From positions 92,610-156,609 of the IMG/VR virus record IMGVR_UViG_3300036774_000066: a stretch of DNA of 64,000 nucleotides. One strand, given 5' to 3'. Below are positions 53,948-63,309 of the stretch, one piece after another. A model generated the notes under the pieces. That model was not told where the DNA came from. It did not search any database and saw nothing but the letters and a program-made list of their open reading frames with translations. This DNA is from a virus. Within the stretch, counting starts at the first letter, position 1; each line of letters opens with the position of its first letter. A program made the translations under genes and the position numbers.

Positions 53948-56536
53948 TCAGAAAATATCCAAAAGTTCGGCTACTGCTTGCTTCTGGTCATCTCCCCATG
54001 CCCATACGTAAACCTTGTCCGTATTGGTGTAGACATAGGCAATCCAAGAGCCAAGAGGAACGTCATAGTCGGAAGGATAAGCACCATCACCCATCCCAAG
54101 GAAATTCCCCTTTGTCGGGTCCGTGTACTGAAATGCCATAACAATCAAAGACTCACCCTCATAGTTCACCTTTTCCCCTGAATCAACTCCGTAACGCTGG
54201 ATACCCGCAGAGCCTTCGTCAATGGACTGCTCGTTCTTTTTTCTTTTTGAAACCTTAACACCACCTTCCATATCTGCTGTCTTAACAAAATCCTTCTCAT
54301 GCTTCTTAAAAAGTTTCTTAGCAAGCGGAGTTAGAATATCCTTTACCTTATCAAGAGAAGGTCCATCCAAAATCTGCTGACAAGCAGAAATTAAACCTAT
54401 ACAAATAACATCATCGTCACCATCCGACCAATCCTCAAGACTTTCACCTATACCATCCACATACTCCATCAAATAACTATCCAAATCTACCTTTTTTATC
54501 TTCAAAGCATTCTTTACAGCAAGAACCGCTCTTTGGTATGAATCAGGCATATACTTGTCTAACAAAGTAAAACAAAAACTTTTCCCTAACTTATCATTAT
54601 TCCCAATCTCATCTATCGCATTATCAATATCAGAACTGGTTGCAAAATTACCAACAGTCTTACTTCTCCAGTTAAAAGTAATATCCTCGTCAATGGACTG
54701 CTCATCCTTCTTTGCAAGTCGAAGAAGAATATCGGAATAACTATCGTCTCCTTCATCATCAGCAAAATTCGCTGCCCTATACAAATCTCCCTTTGCTTTC
54801 TTGACATACTTCATAACTTCCTTGGTCATAGAAGGAAGTTCCGTTGCATCATCATCTCCTGTGCCACTGTACAAATCCTTTACCATCTTCTTAACTTGCT
54901 TCTCAATCTTACCCAAATCCACAGAGCCTTCGTCAATCGGGTACACCATGTCATCCAAACCCTCAATAACATCATCATCCTCAATCAACTGAGTAAACTT
55001 CTCATAGGACATCTCAGAGTTCAAAAAACTCTCAAGTGTCTTCTTGTCAACCTTACCAGAGGCAAACTTCGCAATCTCTTCCTGCACATCCTTACCAATA
55101 TCCTTAAAGAAAAGTTTGTCAGCAGGAACATAATCATCTCTTCGGTCAATGGGATTTTTCCCAGACTTTGTTGGCTCATGCGGGAACGATCCTGACGCTG
55201 CTCCACCAGCAGAGGCAGACTTGTCATTCCATCCCTCAATTACTTGCTCATCCTTTTTGGCTTTCCGCTTGCCTTTGGGTTTCTTACGTAGTTTGCGAAG
55301 CCTTCCAAAAATCATCGACTTTGCTTCCGGCTCATCAACAGAATAATCCTTCTGTGCCTTCTTGACAGCCTTCTTCAAAATCGCAACTGCGCTTCCCTTA
55401 CCCTTTGCCGCTTCCTCAAGATCGTCAAAGTCAATCTCGTCAAACTCATTAACACTATCAAGCCCAAACTCCGGGGCAATCTCAGTGTCAATCAATTCGT
55501 CTACACTTTCAGCAAAAGTATCCTCGTCTCCCTCGTCCTCCCCCGCCATCATATCCTTGTCTTTGTTCTTCTTGGGGAGATAGTCATGCCTTTTGTCAAT
55601 AGGATTTTCTTTGGAAATTGTCGGAGCATGAGGAAATGAACCAGCAGCAGCCCCACCGGAAGAAGCAGACTTGTCATTCCAGCCTTCACGTACTTGTTCA
55701 CGATACTTTGGTGCCCTGTTGGAAAAAGCCGGATCAGACTCTTTCTTTGCCTTCCTCTTACCCTTCGGCTTCCGACGAAGATTCCGAAGACGACCAAAGA
55801 TCATCGACTTTGCTTCCGGCTCGTCAACACCGTACTTCTTCTGAGCAGACTTTACAGCCTTTTTCAGAATAGTAACCGCACTGCCCTTACCTTTTGCTGC
55901 CTCTTCCAAATCATCAAAATCAACGTCCTCAAACTCCTCTACGCTCTCAAGTCCAAACTCAGGAGCTATCTCAGTGTCAATCAATTCATCCAAGGAAGAC
56001 TCTTGGGTAGACTCCGCGACAGGGGTAAGAAACCGCTTCAAAATACCAAGAGCACACGACGTATCCCCTCGCTGCTCCCTTGTAAGATCAACAGCATGAC
56101 GCACCATGCTCTCAACCTTCTCATAAGAAAGAGCATTACCAAACACCCGCTTCCCCTGCTCAGTCGCATACCGAATCAGGGAAGTCTTATCAATCAACTT
56201 CTGCTCTCTCGCTTCCATCATATCATACCCCTTTGACTTGTACCCACGCGCCTGATTGAAGTCATGAAAATCAACATTCCCACCGCCTGCATATCCCAAC
56301 ATCAAGTTGGCAGCACCAGAGTAATCCTTCTTGGCAATCTTCTCACTCACCAAATCCCGGTCGGGCAATCCAGCATTGTAATACATGCCAAACGCCTTCT
56401 CAATCATTGACTTGTGATCGTCAATATTCCCCGTCCAATTTCTCAAAAAACCAAGTTTGTCCTTCACATACTCATACACCTGGGTAGGGGAAACTTCATT
56501 CATCACTTGAAACATCTCTGATTGAGAAAATCTCAT
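53948..56536 (-). CDS. 862-aa modular, highly charged probable internal head polyprotein
   Basis: Own late-promoter motif and terminator; internal duplication; recurring (I/L/V)-x-E linkers. Confidence 0.65.
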   Translation of the reverse strand: MRFSQSEMFQVMNEVSPTQVYEYVKDKLGFLRNWTGNIDDHKSMIEKAFGMYYNAGLPDRDLVSEKIAKKDYSGAANLMLGYAGGGNVDFHDFNQARGYKSKGYDMMEAREQKLIDKTSLIRYATEQGKRVFGNALSYEKVESMVRHAVDLTREQRGDTSCALGILKRFLTPVAESTQESSLDELIDTEIAPEFGLESVEEFEDVDFDDLEEAAKGKGSAVTILKKAVKSAQKKYGVDEPEAKSMIFGRLRNLRRKPKGKRKAKKESDPAFSNRAPKYREQVREGWNDKSASSGGAAAGSFPHAPTISKENPIDKRHDYLPKKNKDKDMMAGEDEGDEDTFAESVDELIDTEIAPEFGLDSVNEFDEIDFDDLEEAAKGKGSAVAILKKAVKKAQKDYSVDEPEAKSMIFGRLRKLRKKPKGKRKAKKDEQVIEGWNDKSASAGGAASGSFPHEPTKSGKNPIDRRDDYVPADKLFFKDIGKDVQEEIAKFASGKVDKKTLESFLNSEMSYEKFTQLIEDDDVIEGLDDMVYPIDEGSVDLGKIEKQVKKMVKDLYSGTGDDDATELPSMTKEVMKYVKKAKGDLYRAANFADDEGDDSYSDILLRLAKKDEQSIDEDITFNWRSKTVGNFATSSDIDNAIDEIGNNDKLGKSFCFTLLDKYMPDSYQRAVLAVKNALKIKKVDLDSYLMEYVDGIGESLEDWSDGDDDVICIGLISACQQILDGPSLDKVKDILTPLAKKLFKKHEKDFVKTADMEGGVKVSKRKKNEQSIDEGSAGIQRYGVDSGEKVNYEGESLIVMAFQYTDPTKGNFLGMGDGAYPSDYDVPLGSWIAYVYTNTDKVYVWAWGDDQKQAVAELLDIF
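55124..55995 (-). repeat. Internal tandem duplication, period 489 bp (163 aa) at the 5' end
   Basis: DELIDTEIAPEFGL...EPEAKSMIFGRLR...EGWNDKSAS...NPID present twice. Confidence 0.92.
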
Positions 56537-56569
56537 AACGTGCTCCTGTAAGTTTCATTTATCGACTCA

Positions 56570-56583
56570 TAATTCAGTATATC
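56570..56583 (-). promoter_or_regulatory. Putative late promoter GATATACTGAATTA
   Basis: Identical to 52823-52836. Confidence 0.6.
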
Positions 56584-56594
56584 CAAGATTGCTA

Positions 56595-57167
56595 TTATGA
56601 TCCAGGCTGCTTCGATTTTGCAGTCACAGAAGAATACAAAAAGTAATCAGTGTTAAACCATCGTCCTGTCAACTCGTATGTCTCAACCTCATAGATATTG
56701 TCACGCCAAATAAACTTATCTTGAGGTTTGATTTTCATGCCCAACAACTCAAACTGAAAATTCAAGAAGACAAATCTTGGCGCATGAACATCATCTATTC
56801 CCTGCTTGACTAAATTCTTCTCAGACTTTTCCCACATCAAGTTGACATTCAAATCAACTGGCTCTGCAAAATGGTCATACTTCGTTGGATCAATTGCCGG
56901 ATCAGTGTGCGGCTGTGTAAAATTCCCTGCTAAAGCATCCGGTACTGTCTCACCCCACAAATCATCAACAAGAGATACACTTAGATCAGTTGTTATTCCC
57001 CCAGAAGCAGCTTGTAAAGGTAGAAGAAAAGAGTAATACTGGACTAACGGAAATCTTCTTTCGTACTTCTCTCTTGCCATTCTCTTGTAAGCAATAAGGT
57101 CTTGTGTCTCTTTCTTAGCAAGCTGAGTAGTGAACCGATACTTGGTATCTGGATTGATAAAAGGCAT
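56595..57167 (-). CDS. Neck / head closure protein (T4 gp14-like)
   Basis: VDDLWGE motif, IKPQDKFIW...YEV; follows gp13-like gene. Confidence 0.65.
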   Translation of the reverse strand: MPFINPDTKYRFTTQLAKKETQDLIAYKRMAREKYERRFPLVQYYSFLLPLQAASGGITTDLSVSLVDDLWGETVPDALAGNFTQPHTDPAIDPTKYDHFAEPVDLNVNLMWEKSEKNLVKQGIDDVHAPRFVFLNFQFELLGMKIKPQDKFIWRDNIYEVETYELTGRWFNTDYFLYSSVTAKSKQPGS

Positions 57168-57171
57168 AGCA

Positions 57172-57882
57172 TTACTCTACCTCGACCAACTGCATAGTTG
57201 TCAACTTATCATCAAGATCAGCAAGCATCGTCTGTACAGTCCCAATCATTTCATCCGCATCAGTCTCCATGTTAATATCACCACCCTTAAACTTTCCACG
57301 GATTCTCGCTGCTGATTCCATTGACTTTGCAAGGGCAAACTCTTTTACCCATGTAATAGCCTTATCCCACGTCATATCATCCATCACATTTACAGCAGGG
57401 TGATAGCACACAGTCACACGGTTTTCAAAGAAGTACCCCGAGACAATCACCCGATCCTCTAACTCAATCCATGTAATCTTATTGCCAACAAACGTACTTA
57501 ACTGACTCTGAAATCCTTGATAGTATGCGGCATGAGCAATATCCGCAGTATAAATCATTCTACTTTGTAAACCATACAACTGAGAGTCAACATCGGAAGC
57601 ACCCGCAGACTCTTGTTGGGTATTGTAAATCTGATGAATGGAATCAACGGGTTTTGACAAAGCAGATTTTAGAAACCACCTACTGTTCCCAGACATAGCA
57701 CTATTACTTGCATCTGATACAGGGATAGTCTCGTACTTCTTCGGCTCATAGTACCAAGGCTTTATCCTTCGGACACCCTCGCGAATAAACGTAGTTATAG
57801 CAGAATCTTCTGTCTCCAAATCAACAATATTATCACCTGTCAAGGTATGCTTGACCCAAGTAATAACATCCGCTTCCGTCAT
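57172..57882 (-). CDS. Neck / head-tail adaptor (T4 gp13-like)
   Basis: WVKHTLTG..VDLE, WVKEFALAKS...RIRGKF. Confidence 0.7.
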   Translation of the reverse strand: MTEADVITWVKHTLTGDNIVDLETEDSAITTFIREGVRRIKPWYYEPKKYETIPVSDASNSAMSGNSRWFLKSALSKPVDSIHQIYNTQQESAGASDVDSQLYGLQSRMIYTADIAHAAYYQGFQSQLSTFVGNKITWIELEDRVIVSGYFFENRVTVCYHPAVNVMDDMTWDKAITWVKEFALAKSMESAARIRGKFKGGDINMETDADEMIGTVQTMLADLDDKLTTMQLVEVE

Positions 57883-58275
57883 TTACTTTACCTTCTTGCG
57901 TCCAAAAGCCTTGATACTACCTGTGCCCGTTGTACCCAAAGAAAATGCAGGTACAACATCTTTCACCTGTACTTCCTGCTTATCAACGGTAATTTTCACT
58001 TCATCCAAGACAGCAACAGAATCTTTCAAAACAACAGGGCCATCTGCAACATCAGGCTTTTCCCCTACAACTGACATAACAGCATTCTCATTCGCCGGAA
58101 GAACCATAGGACCAACATCAAACTCCACAACATTCATCGGAACGGACAAAAGAAACTTCCTTTCCGAATCGGACAAAGAATCAAGTTCTATAGGATGATG
58201 AGGAACAAAGTGAATTTCCTTCTTTGCAATTACAACAACCTGAGTGTTCTTAGCCATGTTAGTCACAAGAAACAT
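57883..58275 (-). CDS. Hypothetical protein after capsid gene
   Basis: GGAAGG SD; abuts neck gene. Confidence 0.65.
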   Translation of the reverse strand: MFLVTNMAKNTQVVVIAKKEIHFVPHHPIELDSLSDSERKFLLSVPMNVVEFDVGPMVLPANENAVMSVVGEKPDVADGPVVLKDSVAVLDEVKITVDKQEVQVKDVVPAFSLGTTGTGSIKAFGRKKVK

Positions 58276-58295
58276 AAAAAACCTTCCTGTGTTTG

Positions 58296-58327
58296 AAAAA
58301 AAGGGTACGGGAGATTTCCCGTACCCT
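58296..58327 (-). terminator. Strong intrinsic terminator after major capsid gene
   Basis: AGGGTACGGGA-AATC-TCCCGTACCCT plus T run. Confidence 0.9.
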
Positions 58328-58362
58328 CCCCTTTCTCACATTCCTACGTAGGAAAGTGAAAA

Positions 58363-59796
58363 CTATGAAATCGTAACAGGGGCGAAGAACTTGGAGTTCA
58401 CGAACTTGCGCCCGTAACTCTGCACCATACCGAAACGCCCAACCATGTCATCAAGCACAATGGTCCGCGTTGTGTAAAGTGGCAGGTACGGTGCCCACAC
58501 ATAACCAGCCTCCAAGAACATATTGCCCTTGTAGCCAAGGAGATACTTCAGGGAATTGTAGTACGGATTCTTGTAAACCCGGAAGTCTCCCAGAGTCCCA
58601 ATGTAATGCGGTCCCGGCTGAATCGTCCCTTCCCTCTTGAAAAGAGGAGCAAGAGCCTCGACAACCGAAGAAACCTCTGTGCCTACCGCAATAAAGTTAC
58701 CAACCGCCCGACGAGTCGCTGCAAAGATCGCGTTTGACGTGGGGAGAATACTCTTGTCATAGAAAGCCCACTTGTGCTCACTCCACGGCACGCCCGCGTC
58801 CGGGGTCCGGTTCCAAGTGTACCCTGTGGCAGTTCCACCCGCCATGAGTTCACTCAGAATACGACCATCGGTTTCCTGACGCACTTCCGCAGCCAAGGAA
58901 GCCTTCAACTCCGTGTCAACCGAACGACCAAAAGCCTGCTCAACGTCCCACGCAGAATCCAGCGTGTAACGCGCACGGCACTTCTGGTTCTCAGCAGTCA
59001 CAGGAATTGACGTGATGGAAATATCCACTTCGGGAATCAACTCAGTGTTTGACTCGAAATTGTTGTCATACACCGCAGTCACCAATTCCCCATTGGCAAC
59101 ATTGTTACTGAATGTCACGTCAACGACACCAGTAGTAGGCACAACGGTTGACGCAGCACCAACATCACCGATGAGGTTTCCAGTACCATCATCGTGAACA
59201 GTCATAACGACACCGCCAGCCTTCTTTGCCGTAATGACAAGTGTTCCAGCAACGATGGGATGAGCATTGAGAGGATTGATTGCCACGCCAGCCCCACCGT
59301 AATGAGCATGTGCGCCATCACCCGTTGAAAGGGTCTGCGAGACACCTTTCTCATGTGTATAGCTGATACCCGCGCCCGCCTGCGCAGAGCCAGCCACATC
59401 ATAGGAAAACATCTTCGTTCCCGCAGCAATGTCACCGCGAGTCGTTCCATACAGGAACTCAAGAAAGAAGATTTCTCCCTGTCGCCGTGTCATCGGCTGG
59501 ACAGAGACAATCTCGTTCGCAATCAGGGAAGGAAGAACTGCCGCAATGAGTTCAAACCCATGCTTGATGAAAGAACCGACATTGACAGCCGCAGTCGTTT
59601 CATCCATCCTCTTGAAGAAACGGTCGGTATTCTCCAGACAAATTGCCGTAGTAGCAAGGGTCAACTCACTTACGTCAGGCTTACCACGCTTGACACCCTC
59701 CAAAATATCGCTCCATTTCGACATAGCATAATCAGCCATGCCAAAAAGGGCTTCCTTCGCCTCATTCAATGCAACTTCATTAAGAGCCTTTGACAT
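58363..59796 (-). CDS. Major capsid protein (T4 gp23-like)
   Basis: LIANEIVSVQPM, GYKG..FLEAGYVWAPYLPL; start refined to MSKALNE after AAGGAG. Confidence 0.95.
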   Translation of the reverse strand: MSKALNEVALNEAKEALFGMADYAMSKWSDILEGVKRGKPDVSELTLATTAICLENTDRFFKRMDETTAAVNVGSFIKHGFELIAAVLPSLIANEIVSVQPMTRRQGEIFFLEFLYGTTRGDIAAGTKMFSYDVAGSAQAGAGISYTHEKGVSQTLSTGDGAHAHYGGAGVAINPLNAHPIVAGTLVITAKKAGGVVMTVHDDGTGNLIGDVGAASTVVPTTGVVDVTFSNNVANGELVTAVYDNNFESNTELIPEVDISITSIPVTAENQKCRARYTLDSAWDVEQAFGRSVDTELKASLAAEVRQETDGRILSELMAGGTATGYTWNRTPDAGVPWSEHKWAFYDKSILPTSNAIFAATRRAVGNFIAVGTEVSSVVEALAPLFKREGTIQPGPHYIGTLGDFRVYKNPYYNSLKYLLGYKGNMFLEAGYVWAPYLPLYTTRTIVLDDMVGRFGMVQSYGRKFVNSKFFAPVTIS

Positions 59797-59807
59797 AGGA
59801 AAACTCC

Positions 59808-61292
59808 TTAGATTTTCTTGATGATGTCGCAAACCGAGTCGGCGCGACTTGTCTTGGTAGCGGACTGAAGATCAACATTTTCATGTATCACTTGAAGTCC
59901 ACCAATGATAGGCTTATGTAAAGCCCCTTCAAATATCCGAGGACGATTCCCCTTATGTACAAGGACAGGCTTAGGAGTTTCTTCATGAATCAGGTCTTCT
60001 TCTTCAAAAAGATCCTCTTCATGCTGTTCCTCCACCGCACTTTCCTCTAACGCAAGGTTAAGTCTTGAATACAAAGATGCTTTCTCAGAGATAAGTTTCC
60101 TTCTCTCTGAGTCCCATTCCTTACGCGCATCGGTCAACTCTTCCACCTTCTTACTGAGAAGGCTATTTGACTCGATCAGAGAAGAAATTTTCCTCCCGTA
60201 TTGTAGGAGTCTTGCCAAACCCTGACCCTCTTTAATTGACGTGTCAGCAGCATGAGATTCAATCACGACTTGAGGTGTTCTCTTTGCTTTTGCAAGAGTA
60301 ATCGCACTCTCAATATCGGATATAAGATTAGCATTTTCATGCTGGACAACATCATAAAGAGTCTCAAGATTTTGCATTTCTTCCCTAAGACTATCTCCAG
60401 AATCCATTGTTTCAATCTTCGATGTAACCTGAACCGACTCCACCAAAACAGAAATCTTATCCTTCAACTCTACTACCTCTGACTTGCTCCTCTGCAACTC
60501 AGAGTCTCGTGTTGAAAGTGTCTCTTCAAGGGACTTTGTTTTCTTCCGTAAAGCCTCAACTTCTTTCTTTAACTCCTCAATGACAAGAGCATCCTTACTG
60601 GAACTTTCATTGAGAGACGGTTGTGGCTGCTTCACTCTTTCCAAAATCAAATCACCATTACACCCAAGTTTTTCAAGTATTCGCTTGAAATAATCAGGGT
60701 CTTCTTTGAAAGAATCAGGAGAAGATTCAAGAATAATTTTCTCTATCTGCTCCCGTACAGGTCTTGGATATGCATTCTGCGCGGACGGCTCAAAAACAAA
60801 ATCAAACCCTCCCCACTTGTAACCCTTCTCAGATACAAACTGCTTTCCCTCTTTTTGAACTGTGTTTCCACCTCCACGAGTAGACGCACCTAACTTTACA
60901 TTCGCTTTCAAAAGGGTAGAAACTATACGCCCCATCGGAGTGTCAAGAACTTCGGACTCTGCCATCAAAGCCTTCTTGTTCTTATCCACCCACGCACTTG
61001 TCATAACGTGAGAAACAGTAGACAAAGGAGGTACAAACTTATCTGCGGGATGATCTGCTGCACCAACTAAAGCACGCTCTTTTATCGCTACTTGAACATC
61101 ATCACGGTTTAACACACTATCCCAAAACTCATTCGTGTAAACACGACCATTCCTATTCTCAGTTTCCGTAATACCAATAGGCCCGCGCACCTTCATTATC
61201 ACGCCAGGACGTAGACTTTCCTTCTCACACACCAATTCAAAGGTGGAAGAATCAGTAGAAGGAAAATAGTCATCAGTCAAAATAGGGTCCAT
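59808..61292 (-). CDS. Prohead protease (T4 gp21-like) fused to coiled-coil scaffold
   Basis: NRNGRVY, ADHP, VSH, LDTPMG, LGASTRGGG, FDFVFEPS. Confidence 0.92.
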   Translation of the reverse strand: MDPILTDDYFPSTDSSTFELVCEKESLRPGVIMKVRGPIGITETENRNGRVYTNEFWDSVLNRDDVQVAIKERALVGAADHPADKFVPPLSTVSHVMTSAWVDKNKKALMAESEVLDTPMGRIVSTLLKANVKLGASTRGGGNTVQKEGKQFVSEKGYKWGGFDFVFEPSAQNAYPRPVREQIEKIILESSPDSFKEDPDYFKRILEKLGCNGDLILERVKQPQPSLNESSSKDALVIEELKKEVEALRKKTKSLEETLSTRDSELQRSKSEVVELKDKISVLVESVQVTSKIETMDSGDSLREEMQNLETLYDVVQHENANLISDIESAITLAKAKRTPQVVIESHAADTSIKEGQGLARLLQYGRKISSLIESNSLLSKKVEELTDARKEWDSERRKLISEKASLYSRLNLALEESAVEEQHEEDLFEEEDLIHEETPKPVLVHKGNRPRIFEGALHKPIIGGLQVIHENVDLQSATKTSRADSVCDIIKKI

Positions 61293-61310
61293 GTTTACCT
61301 CTTATCCTTG

Positions 61311-61318
61311 AGTATATC
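61311..61318 (-). promoter_or_regulatory. Putative late promoter core GATATACT
   Basis: Upstream of head operon SD; same core as 52823 and 56570. Confidence 0.5.
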
Positions 61319-61348
61319 TTCTTTTTATGAATTACCTCTATCACAACA

Positions 61349-63309
61349 CTATTCTATTGGACGTACTCTCGGTTCCTTTGACATATTGTAAAGTACCAAT
61401 CTTTCCCTTGCCGAAGGATCAATCTTAAAAATTTCTTTCAAGTTCAATCCGTGAAATCCTTTTGGACAAACCCAAACAGTTCTCTTTCTAATTCTTGGTG
61501 TAAAAACAGTATTGAAATCTTTATTCTTAACAGTTTCACTATACGTATCCCCGAATGCACCATCCGTCAACTGAATAATAATATCAGGGCAATGGCACTT
61601 GGTAAGTGCTGCTACAAAATTGAAGGTAAAGTCAGTATTACCACCATCAAACTTATCAGCAAGTACACGCTTTAAGTTAGTATCAGAAAATCCTACCAAC
61701 CTGAGATATTTACTCCTGTCAAGAGAACCCCAAAAGAAAACATGCACAACGGCACTTCCCAAAATAGCCCGATAAGACTCAAAAAAATCCCTCAAGGCTT
61801 CCAATGCAGGCTGAAACACATGCATTGACTTAAAGCTACCAGACCTATCTGCCATTATGAGAACATTCTTAACTTTCCTTTCCTCAACACTCCCACCCAT
61901 TGCCCCTTCAACCTCAATCCTACGAGAAATCACGTTAGGATCACGCTTTTCGTCTACACTAATAATGTGTTTCAAAACACGCCTCATTATCTCCCGCCAA
62001 CGAGACTCTGACCCAATCCCTCTCAGAGCAGGAATCTTGGAAACGTCAATAACACCCTCTCCAAGCGCATTATCAATAATACTCTGCGGGTCAAAATCTT
62101 CCTCACCAAGTTCATTCTTTTTTATCGTACCATTACGACGCATTTCTTCCAAAGCCTTCTGTACTGCCTCGACTACTGCTTTGTCAATCTCATCGTTTGT
62201 TGCAGTAGTTCCCGGCTTTACTTCCTCCTCACTTACTTGATTCATCAAATCAATACCAGCCTCAGTACCGTGACGAGATTCCACACCCTCCTTTGCCCTT
62301 TTCAAAGCCTCTTTTATCTGCTGTTCTGTTCTCTTTGCTTGTGCCAGAATATTGTCAAAAGGATCAACGGGAATACCGGGAATACCACCTTCCCCTCCAC
62401 CTTCTCCTCCACCTTCTCCTCCACCTTCCCCTCCACCTTCCCCGCCCTCACCACCGGGAGTACCGCCTTCTCCACCGCCTTCACCTCCACCTTCCCCGCC
62501 CTCACCACCGGGAGTACCACCCTCTCCACCTCCACCTTCTCCACCACCTTCACCTCCACCTTCTCCTCCAATTTTAGGCATTTCCAAAACGCGTACCTGA
62601 TCTAAAGTAAGACCAGAGTACACATCACCAACAGACTCATTTGTGTCTTCTGGTATTACCTTAACAGAAATATGCCCATCATCCGAAATATCAATTACTT
62701 TAGCTGTCTCTCCTGTTGAAGTTACTTGTACAACAGACCCAATAGGTAGGATAGATTTAAGACGCTCCCCACGGGTACTCCCTCCCAAATTTTTCTTTTT
62801 ACCTTCTCCACCTTGCTTTCCTGTACCTTTGCCCTCACCGCCTTCTCCACCCTCTCCACCTTCTCCACCCGCGCCTGCACCTGTGCTACCCTTCTTGCCC
62901 TTTCCGGCCTTCTTGCCTTTTCCGGCCTTCCCTGCACCGCCCTCACCACCTTCTCCACCTTCACCGCCCTCACCGCCTTCCCCTCCACCGCCCTCTCCAC
63001 CTTCTCCACCCTCACCGCCTTCTCCACCTTCACCGCCCTCTCCACCCTCACCACCTTCTCCACCCTCACCACCTTCTCCACCCTCACCGCCCGCGCCTGC
63101 ACCTGTGCTGCCCTTCTTGCCCTTTCCGGCCTTCTTGCCCTTTCCGGCCTTCCCTGCACCGCCTTCTCCACCCTCACCGCCCTCACCGCCTTCTCCACCC
63201 GCGCCTGCACCTGTGCTGCCCTTCTTGCCCTTTCCGGCCTTCTTGCCTTTTCCGGCCTTCCCTGCACCGCCCTCACCGCCTTCTCCACCCTCACCGCCTT
63301 CTCCACCCT
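61349..63309 (-). CDS. VWA-domain protein (DUF2201-like C-terminus) with Gly/Glu/Lys repeats; 5' end lost at junction
   Basis: MIDAS DRSGS, GGNTDF, LTDG; the tracked start at 63352 lies in the topA-derived DNA. Confidence 0.75.
62385..63309 (-). repeat. Low-complexity coding repeats: (GGE)n, (GGGE)n and three copies of AGKAGKGKKAGKGKKGSTGAGA
   Basis: Copies begin at 62871, 63093 and 63201 on the plus strand, with variable GGE spacers. Confidence 0.95.

Larger units (their letters stand above)
1..63309 (-). mobile_element. Large myovirus-like bacteriophage genome segment (T4-like head/tail genes, PolA replication module)
   Basis: Contiguous minus-strand capsid, protease, neck, sheath, tube, TMP, baseplate, replication and small early genes; no host housekeeping genes inside. 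Confidence 0.95.

Noticed and set aside
49277-55995. Diversity-generating retroelement TR/VR pair
   Set aside because: Repeat differences are not adenine-specific, both copies are in frame within one gene, and no reverse transcriptase is in the window
58341-58354. Perfect palindrome TTCCTACGTAGGAA after the capsid stop
   Set aside because: Single occurrence next to the terminator; no support for a separate function
1-63309. Stop-codon reassignment (TAG readthrough), suggested by several in-frame gene pairs separated by TAG
   Set aside because: Conserved genes (capsid, polA, gp6, dnaB) are full length in the standard code and end at TAG at natural C-termini; downstream genes have their own starts
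62385-63309. CRISPR-like or collagen-like repeat array
   Set aside because: Repeats are in-frame coding GGE/GK blocks without unique spacers; GGE lacks the Pro-rich Gly-X-Y character of collagen-like fibres
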